Assembly: GCA_043801745.1 (NCBI GenBank)
Contig: JAZDLR010000016.1
Span: 1,535 to 65,534 of the forward strand
DNA length: 64,000 nt
Direction: 5' to 3'
DNA from: Candidatus Komeilibacteria bacterium
GTDB lineage: Bacteria; Patescibacteriota; Patescibacteriia; UBA1558; 2-01-FULL-52-15
The notes under the pieces were generated by a model. It saw nothing but the letters and a program-made list of their open reading frames with translations. It was not told the DNA's origin and made no database searches. This document shows positions 57,335 through 64,000 of this stretch, piece after piece. Position numbers and translations under genes: made by a program. The first letter of the stretch is position 1. Each line of letters begins with the position of its first letter.

Positions 57335-57637
57335 TTATTTAGATTCTTTACTGAATAATTCCAATACCGCGTTAGCATCGGCTCCGATTTGTCTTTCTTG
57401 TTCTTCAGTAAAATAACTGGTGGCACCATGTTGTTTCAAGGCTTGCCTTATAGCGGCCTTGGCTTTCAGCTGATTAATCAGTTGCGCCGCAGCGATTGAA
57501 AATTTAGGATCAGCCTCAAGGGCTAAGGCTGCTTCCTGTAAAACAACATCCCGATCAATACTAATCTCTTGGAAATCAGCTCCGGTAAAAACATAGTTTC
57601 TGCCTTCTGTTTTTAAGGGTAATTCGTCAAACCTCAT
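57335..57637 (-). CDS. Hypothetical protein
   Basis: 100-aa ORF co-oriented with dnaN. Confidence 0.6.
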   Translation of the reverse strand: MRFDELPLKTEGRNYVFTGADFQEISIDRDVVLQEAALALEADPKFSIAAAQLINQLKAKAAIRQALKQHGATSYFTEEQERQIGADANAVLELFSKESK

Positions 57638-57678
57638 GGTGTGAATTTTATACTGTTTTAAATCAAAAAAATATCTAA

Positions 57679-58788
57679 TTATTGTTTTATCGGCATTATC
57701 AAATAACGGAAACTGGTGTCGCTTTCCGGCGACATTAAAGCCGGACCGCTACTATCATTAAGTTTAATTTTTCCTTTATCATTATTAAGATTATTAATAC
57801 CATCTAATAGGTAGCGGTAATTAAATACTATTTCTCCCGCCTTACCGTCAACATCAGCCTGAACCCGTGAAATATTGTCTCCTGACATACTATTCTGCGC
57901 CCGCAACTGAATTTCTTTAGTGTCGGGAACATAAGAAACCCTAACATCATTAATTCCTGGCTGGCAAAATAATGCAGTAGTTTTAATAGTCGGAGCTAAA
58001 GATGAGACCTGAAAAGAAATAGTGCTGGTAAAACTAGTTGGTATAATCTGCTGATAATCCGGATAGTGGCCAACAACTATCCTGGATATTACTTCGGTTG
58101 GTCCAATTACTACCTTAATTTGATTATCATTAACCATAATTATTGTCTCTTCTGTTTCGTTATCTTCTGCCAATATTTTAGCTAATTGCTGCACAGTTTT
58201 AAGAGGAATAATTAATTTCTGTTCCTTGTCTGATCCTTTGATCAGGGCCAGGTGTTTTTCCGCCAACCGATAGCTATCGGTTGCCACCAAAGTCAGTTTA
58301 TCTTCAATAAAACTAAAAAATACCGCATTAAGCTCTGGTCGTCCCTCATCACTACTAGCAGCAAACAATACTTGATTAAGACCGTCTCGCAGAATGGCAG
58401 TTGCTATAACTATTGTCGTCTCGGGAGATATTTCAGGAATTAGCGGAAAATCATTAGCCGACTCCCCTTTTATCTTGGTGGTGTGATTCTCCCCCTGAAT
58501 GACCAGGGTGTTTTCCTGCAGTTCAATACTAATATTTTCCCTTTTTAGCGAGTGGACAAAGTCTCCTAGCAGTTTAGCATTGACTGTAAAGCTACCTGCC
58601 TCTTCAATTTTACCTCTGACTTTACTTTTTATTCCTATCTCAAGGTTAGTGGTAACTAAAGTTAGGCCTTCTTTATCGGCTTGCAAAAGAACATTATTTA
58701 AAATCGGTAAATTAGGATGTTTACCGGCTAGTCCAAAAATCAACTGTAAACCTTTGGACAAATTTTCCTGTGTACAACTTAATTTCAT
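57679..58788 (-). CDS. dnaN: DNA polymerase III beta clamp
   Basis: LPIL.NVLL, ATDSYRLA, YPDY, FN.RYLLD, YLIMPI. Confidence 0.96.
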   Translation of the reverse strand: MKLSCTQENLSKGLQLIFGLAGKHPNLPILNNVLLQADKEGLTLVTTNLEIGIKSKVRGKIEEAGSFTVNAKLLGDFVHSLKRENISIELQENTLVIQGENHTTKIKGESANDFPLIPEISPETTIVIATAILRDGLNQVLFAASSDEGRPELNAVFFSFIEDKLTLVATDSYRLAEKHLALIKGSDKEQKLIIPLKTVQQLAKILAEDNETEETIIMVNDNQIKVVIGPTEVISRIVVGHYPDYQQIIPTSFTSTISFQVSSLAPTIKTTALFCQPGINDVRVSYVPDTKEIQLRAQNSMSGDNISRVQADVDGKAGEIVFNYRYLLDGINNLNNDKGKIKLNDSSGPALMSPESDTSFRYLIMPIKQ

Positions 58789-59037
58789 ACTATATGTATA
58801 TATAAAGATAAGATAATAATAGAAGAGAGGTGGATACTGTTGATGACTGACGGAATTAGTGAATTAACTTAGAGAAAACGACGTAATCTCTCCCCAGTAG
58901 CATGTGAATATAGTTGGTGGTAAGTGACTAGTTGTTCACACCTGATTAATTTTGTGAAAGGTGACGAAGAAATAGAAGTGGTTTGTTAACAGGTTTGTGG
59001 ACTTTTTATACACACGGCCGGTGGATAAAAATAATTA
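58789..59037. other. Probable oriC (dnaA-dnaN intergenic region)
   Basis: TTATACACA at 59006, ggtggataa 59020, ttgttcaca 58932, tgtgaatat 58903; AT-rich tract at 58791-58822. Confidence 0.8.
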
Positions 59038-60402
59038 CTATAATTGATAAATTTTTTGTCGTAAAAGAGCGACGTCATTTTTTATTTTTTCATCTCGCTG
59101 CAAACTTTCTTTGATTTTATTGCAGGCATGCATGGCAGTGGTGTGGTCACGGCCACCCAACTCCTGTCCGATGTTGGGGAAAGAGGCGTTCATTTCTTCT
59201 CGCATTAACCACATAGTAATCTGGCGGGGAACTACCAGCTCTTTCTTGCGGCAGGTTCCGACTAAATCGTCAATACTAATTTCAAAAAATTCAGCCACTG
59301 ATTGGATTAGGCGGCGCGCTGTCAAACCGCCCTTCTTAGGGTTGCTACTAATAGTAGATAAGATGCCGCGGGTGGACTCTACCGTTGGTAAGGAGTTGTT
59401 AAGTTGATGAAAAGCAATAATACGGTTTAAGGCGCCCTCTAATTCACGGATATTATCTTTAATATTTTCAGCAATGGACTGAATAATTTCCTTGTCCAGA
59501 GAAAAGGCTCTTTCTTGGCATTTGGCTTGTAAAATAGCCACCCTGGTCTCAAAATCTGGGGCAGAAATATCAGCGATCATTCCCCATTCAAAGCGCGAAA
59601 CCAGGCGGTTTTCAATAGCTGGAATAGCTTTGGGTGGTCGGTCAGAACTAATAATTATCTGTTTATTGGCTTGGTGTAGGGCGTTGAAGGTGTGAAAAAA
59701 TTCTTCTTGGGTCTGCTCCTTGCCGGCGATAAATTGAATATCATCGATCAGTAGAACGTCAACATTACGGTAGGCCTTTTTAAATTTTTCCGTTTCCCCG
59801 GTTTTAATAGAGGCGACAAAGTCATTGGTAAACTTTTCACTATTAATATAGAGAATCTTGGTACCGGGGTTCGTTTCCAGAATATGATTACCGACAGCCT
59901 GAATTAAATGAGTTTTTCCTAGCCCTACCCCACCATAAAGAAATAGCGGATTATAAACTTGTCCCGGCTTGGCAGCAACAGCCTTGGAGGCAGCATGCGC
60001 CAACTCATTACCCTTGCCGACTATGAAACTGTTAAAAGTGTATTTTTTATTAAGACCAAATTTATTCTGCGTAAAAGTATTGGTGTCGTTGGTGGTTGGT
60101 CCCAGCTTTTCTTCGGTATTGCGGTGTACTGCTTTTTCTACTGGCGCCGATTGAGCGGAAACTTTGTAGCTAATTTTCAATTTTCTATCACCGCCCAACA
60201 AATTATTAACAGCCGTAGCAATTTGTTGGTGATATTTATTTTCCAGCCAAGCTTTAGTAAAGGCGTTGGGCACACCAACAATTAAAATATCAGGCTCACG
60301 ATCAAAAACAAAAGTATTTTTAAACCAAGTGGTAAAATTAGCTTTAGAAATTAACAGTTCAAGTTCGCCAAGAACTGCTTGCCAGAGTTGATTATTGTCC
60401 AT
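59038..60402 (-). CDS. dnaA: Chromosomal replication initiator DnaA
   Basis: YNPLFLYGGVGLGKTHL, LLIDDIQF, RELEGAL, GGRDHTT. Confidence 0.98.
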   Translation of the reverse strand: MDNNQLWQAVLGELELLISKANFTTWFKNTFVFDREPDILIVGVPNAFTKAWLENKYHQQIATAVNNLLGGDRKLKISYKVSAQSAPVEKAVHRNTEEKLGPTTNDTNTFTQNKFGLNKKYTFNSFIVGKGNELAHAASKAVAAKPGQVYNPLFLYGGVGLGKTHLIQAVGNHILETNPGTKILYINSEKFTNDFVASIKTGETEKFKKAYRNVDVLLIDDIQFIAGKEQTQEEFFHTFNALHQANKQIIISSDRPPKAIPAIENRLVSRFEWGMIADISAPDFETRVAILQAKCQERAFSLDKEIIQSIAENIKDNIRELEGALNRIIAFHQLNNSLPTVESTRGILSTISSNPKKGGLTARRLIQSVAEFFEISIDDLVGTCRKKELVVPRQITMWLMREEMNASFPNIGQELGGRDHTTAMHACNKIKESLQRDEKIKNDVALLRQKIYQL

Positions 60403-60445
60403 GGGGTAAGGAATAATCCGATGCTTAAACCACTATAGCACAGTG

Positions 60446-60550
60446 TGTGGATAGGCAGAATATAGCACAAGTGCAAAAAATGTGAATAGACGGTGGAGAA
60501 CAGGAATTAGGAGTTGGGCTATGGCCTCTTAGGTGTGGGGTTGTGGATTA
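60446..60550. promoter_or_regulatory. DnaA boxes upstream of dnaA
   Basis: tgtggatag 60446, tgtgaatag 60481, tgtggatta 60542. Confidence 0.65.
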
Positions 60551-60676
60551 TTAAACTACTCTTAAGTCTAAGTATTACAACCTTTACAAATTTAAGAGCG
60601 CGTGTTATTTTTGATCAGTAATTATATTAATATTTTCTGACTAATTTCTAATTCCTAACTCCTAAAGCCTAACAAT

Positions 60677-60814
60677 ATGCCAAAAAGAACCTATCAGCCG
60701 AAGAAGCGTAAGCGGGCAAGAACTCACGGATTCCGCGAACGCATGTCTACGCCAACTGGTCGCCGAGTTTTAAAAAGACGCCGCGCCAAGGGACGTAAGC
60801 GCCTAACAGTATAA
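60677..60814 (+). CDS. rpmH: 50S ribosomal protein L34 (not in ORF track)
   Basis: [45 protein letters not shown]. Confidence 0.97.
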   Translation: MPKRTYQPKKRKRARTHGFRERMSTPTGRRVLKRRRAKGRKRLTV

Positions 60815-60821
60815 TAATCCT

Positions 60822-61163
60822 ATGTTGCCCGCAGATAATCGTTTGAAGCGGGACCAAGACTTTCAAAAGGTAGCTGCCAAAGGAAGATATGGCTACTCCG
60901 CGTTACTAACGGTCAAGTATTGCCCCAACCATTTGCCGGTTTCCAGGTTTGGTTTCGTGATTTCTACTAAGGTTGATAAAAGGGCAGTGGTGCGTAACCG
61001 TATTAAGCGGCGCGTTAGGGAGATAATTAGGCTAAAATTAGACGAAATAAAGTTAGGTTTTGATATTGTAATTATTATGAAAAAAGCCAGCGTAGAAGCC
61101 AAATACGCCGATTTTAGTCAGGATTTATTTTTGGTCTTGGAAAGAGCCAACCTATTATGTTAA
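60822..61163 (+). CDS. rnpA: RNase P protein component
   Basis: [20 protein letters not shown]. Confidence 0.95.
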   Translation: MLPADNRLKRDQDFQKVAAKGRYGYSALLTVKYCPNHLPVSRFGFVISTKVDKRAVVRNRIKRRVREIIRLKLDEIKLGFDIVIIMKKASVEAKYADFSQDLFLVLERANLLC

Positions 61164-61411
61164 AGATATTAAATAAATGGCTGAAATTAGCCATTTTGTC
61201 ACTTATTTGGTTATACCGGAGGACTCTTTCTCCGGATGAGGGTTGGTTTTCCGGCCTCTACCCCAACGGTTTCTGTCCTTATGAGCCGCACTGTTCAGTC
61301 TATTGCTATCAAGCAATTGAAAAATATGGTATTGTCAGGGGCGCCTACAAGGGACTGGCAAGAATTTTGCGCTGCCATCCCTGGACGGCCGGCGGACATG
61401 ATCCGGTTTAA
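61157..61411 (+). CDS. yidD: Membrane protein insertion efficiency factor
   Basis: [23 protein letters not shown]. Confidence 0.92.
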   Translation: MLKILNKWLKLAILSLIWLYRRTLSPDEGWFSGLYPNGFCPYEPHCSVYCYQAIEKYGIVRGAYKGLARILRCHPWTAGGHDPV

Positions 61412-61462
61412 TTAGTTGAAAGTTATAAGTTGTCAGTTATAAGAATAAGATAAATTTTTTTC

Positions 61463-62188
61463 ATGAATATTTTAGTAACAATTTTTTATCAGCCACTATT
61501 TAATCTGTTGGTTTGGTTATATAACGTTATTCCCGGACATGACATGGGAGTTACAATTATTGCTTTGACAGTGATTATTCGTTTGATTCTATATCCTCTG
61601 GCCCAGAGGGCTATTGTTTCGCAGCGGGCTATGCAAACCTTACAACCCAAGATCGATCAGTTACGCGAAGAGCTCAAGAATGACAAAGAGAAACTGTCAA
61701 AGGAGTTGATGGAGCTGTACAAGCGGGAGAAGATTAATCCGGTATCGTCTTGCTTGCCGGTGTTGATTCAATTACCCTTCCTTTTCGCCTTATTTGCCGT
61801 GTTCAATAGCGGTTTGAATAATGGTGGCTTTGAGTTGCTTTATCCTTTTGTGAAGAACCCGGGGTCGCTAAACACCATGGCTTTTGGTTTCTTTGACTTA
61901 GTTCAGAAAAACATACCCCTGGCAGTAATCACCGGTATTTTACAGTTTGTGCAAACTAAAATGTTAATGGTGAGCAATAAAAATAAAACCATGGGCACCA
62001 GTACTATGACCAAAGCCATGAATCAGCAGATGCTCTACATGATGCCGATCTTTACTATAATTATTGGCGCTTCTTTAGCGGCCGGTATAACCCTTTATTG
62101 GTTAATTACAACCCTATTTTCTATTGGGCAACAATATTTTTTGTTGCGGCACAAACCACCAACTTCAACACCAGAGATCATTGGTTAA
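61463..62188 (+). CDS. yidC: YidC/Oxa1 insertase (short form)
   Basis: IRLILYPL, MQTLQPK, NPVSSCLP.LIQLP, LYW. Confidence 0.93.
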   Translation: MNILVTIFYQPLFNLLVWLYNVIPGHDMGVTIIALTVIIRLILYPLAQRAIVSQRAMQTLQPKIDQLREELKNDKEKLSKELMELYKREKINPVSSCLPVLIQLPFLFALFAVFNSGLNNGGFELLYPFVKNPGSLNTMAFGFFDLVQKNIPLAVITGILQFVQTKMLMVSNKNKTMGTSTMTKAMNQQMLYMMPIFTIIIGASLAAGITLYWLITTLFSIGQQYFLLRHKPPTSTPEIIG

Positions 62189-62260
62189 TGTTGGGGTCCC
62201 GCTCGCGGGGGTAATTTTAAAATTACGCATTCTCTGGAATTCGTCATCTGGGATAGTCTG

Positions 62261-62590
62261 AAAAAAGAGAACGCCACGGTCGAATGATCGTGGCGTTTTG
62301 ACGCAAGGTCCGCACAAGCCGCAGATGGGCAAGATGGGCGAAACCCGCAGATGATATAACCTTATTGGCTTTTTGCCGGCACCATAGGGGGCTATCCCCC
62401 ACAGGTACCGCGTCACCCCCTTTATCGAAGTATCGGGGGCTTGCTCGCCCACTGGGCGACGGCAGGGTTGGGGCACATTGGCCCCGTTAGCCGAGGAGAC
62501 ACTCGTCGGACCGCTGAGCTCTAGCGGCCAAACAGGCGTTTCCTTTCTAAACCCTCGATCCCTGGGCGTCCCCTGGGATCAATGTACTAA
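62261..62590 (-). ncRNA. Candidate multi-hairpin ncRNA (about 330 nt)
   Basis: TTGACA(62623-18)-17-TAAAAG promoter, about 8 consecutive hairpins, terminator with U tract at 62261-62298. Confidence 0.55.
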
Positions 62591-62733
62591 TAACCTTTTA
62601 TCATATATATAAAATTGTGTCAACCCCGAAAACCGAAGTAAATTAAAATAATGGCTAGTTTTGGCCAATTTAGGTGCTAATCATACTATGTTTGAGTGTT
62701 CGGGTCCCAAGTTGCAAGCCACAAGTCCCCTCT

Positions 62734-63474
62734 TCAAAAACTCCTTTGACTGCCAACAATGATTTTTAAGCGGCCGGGGGCGATTTCAATGCTGGCTGGG
62801 GTTTTCATGACCAGCTGTTCGTCAGTAACAATAGACACCGGTTCGCCGACCAGGCTATTGATCATTAGTTTCTTAAACGGCAAAACCGTGGATTTTAAGG
62901 GGTGACCACCGGAAAGCCAGCCAGAACGCCAGGGCGTAATCACGGCCTCCATAATACCATCAGTCGGATCACAATGAATCGCCTCATGACTAAAATTACA
63001 CAGTTGAATGGTATGACGTTCGGTTGTTGGTGCAATCTGAAAAGAATCACACAATAATGATACCGGAGCGTTTACTACTTCGGCTGAATGCATAAAATAC
63101 TGATTATTAATGCGGCCCAAGTCTAATTTTTTAATTATCCTACCAGAGACAACCTCACAAGCCAGCTCGCGTGGCGGCACGCCAAGAATTTTGGCAATTT
63201 TACTTTTGTCATCTACTGGTATAATACCCAAAACCACATCGAGATCAGCCACAACATTGATAACCTTGGCAAAGGTTTGGTCATCACCAATGGCCACCAC
63301 AGTTTTTACTCCGTCTTTAACAGCATCAGCAATCAACTCTTTTAAATTTTTGAGAATAGATAAACGGGCGATGCGGCCTTTAATATCCAGGTCAGTAACG
63401 CGCTGCTCAACCCTGGCCAGAAGGGTGGCGTATTTGGGCTGATTTAAAAAAGAGTCGTAAATGTACAGATACAT
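62734..63474 (-). CDS. Diacylglycerol-kinase-like family protein
   Basis: VVAIGDDQTF, LGIIP, A.ILGV, LDLG.IN. Confidence 0.75.
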   Translation of the reverse strand: MYLYIYDSFLNQPKYATLLARVEQRVTDLDIKGRIARLSILKNLKELIADAVKDGVKTVVAIGDDQTFAKVINVVADLDVVLGIIPVDDKSKIAKILGVPPRELACEVVSGRIIKKLDLGRINNQYFMHSAEVVNAPVSLLCDSFQIAPTTERHTIQLCNFSHEAIHCDPTDGIMEAVITPWRSGWLSGGHPLKSTVLPFKKLMINSLVGEPVSIVTDEQLVMKTPASIEIAPGRLKIIVGSQRSF

Positions 63475-63482
63475 AACAACGA

Positions 63483-63917
63483 TTACATTTCGGCTTTACG
63501 TTCTTTTAAAGGTTCTGATTTGTTAACTTCCGGTTTGGCGGTTTCGCGTTCGGTTTTTTCTACCGAAGCAGCCATATTAAGTTGTCCATTGATGACACCG
63601 CCGGACTCCACTGACAAAACAGTTGTTCGGACATTGCCGACAATTTGTGCAGTAGCGGTTAACTCTAGTTTGCCCTTAATACTAACATTACCTTTAACCC
63701 GACCGGCAACGTAAGCGTTCTTAGCTTTGATCTCCGCTTCCACGACCGCACCCGGACCAATACGCAAATTATTATTAGTCACCAGGTTGCCGACAACCGT
63801 GCCTTCAATGATTAAATCGCCTTCACCGGTAAAGTCCCCCTCCACCCGGACCGATGGTCCAATGAACGTTTCCACTGTCTTTTTGTTTACCTCGGTAGAG
63901 TTTTTGGCAGCAAACAT
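63483..63917 (-). CDS. Bactofilin (polymer-forming cytoskeletal protein)
   Basis: TFIG....VEGDF...GDL.IEG.V.G beta-helix repeats. Confidence 0.9.
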   Translation of the reverse strand: MFAAKNSTEVNKKTVETFIGPSVRVEGDFTGEGDLIIEGTVVGNLVTNNNLRIGPGAVVEAEIKAKNAYVAGRVKGNVSIKGKLELTATAQIVGNVRTTVLSVESGGVINGQLNMAASVEKTERETAKPEVNKSEPLKERKAEM

Positions 63918-64000
63918 AGATGTAGATTAATGCTTAATTTACCTATAGAGTAGGGGCTTTTGACAGCCTTGTCAATTTACAAAATGTCAGAATTATTTTA

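Noticed and set aside
62165-62476. 103-aa minus-strand ORF
   Set aside because: It runs through the terminator into yidC and has no RBS or recognisable motif; structured RNA explains the region better.
1-64000. CRISPR array, cas genes, integrase or transposase
   Set aside because: No regularly spaced repeats and no recognisable motifs; the ruvC is the housekeeping resolvase next to yebC.
1-64000. Recoded UGA (code 25, Gracilibacteria/Absconditabacteria)
   Set aside because: Conserved genes are full length under code 11, and TGA serves as a true stop (e.g. 8413, 45070).

Overview
The window looks like a chromosomal segment of a Patescibacteria (CPR, Parcubacteria/ABY1-like) bacterium using genetic code 11. 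This assignment is inferred from the tandem VirB2-like pilins, many GT-C membrane proteins and mostly SD-less starts. It spans the replication origin (dnaN-dnaA <> rpmH-rnpA-yidD-yidC, with DnaA boxes and an apparent C-to-G skew switch). Other content includes tyrS, PBP1A, a yebC-ruvC-glycogen synthase cluster, a MarR/MacAB-type exporter, surface-glycan genes and two normal tRNAs. The most unusual signals are non-coding or structural. (i) A promoter- and terminator-bounded operon of three tRNA-like genes has intact acceptor, D and T arms with encoded CCA, but all three have aberrant anticodon arms. (ii) Two highly structured orphan transcription units lie at about 46.6-47.2 kb and 62.3-62.6 kb. 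(iii) An integrase-less cassette at tRNA-Ala is bounded by perfect 49-bp direct repeats. (iv) Displaced gene 3' ends recur next to inserted genes. (v) A CYTH-uridine kinase-CYTH fusion sits next to an ASCH gene. All family calls come from motif recognition by eye; no searches were run.
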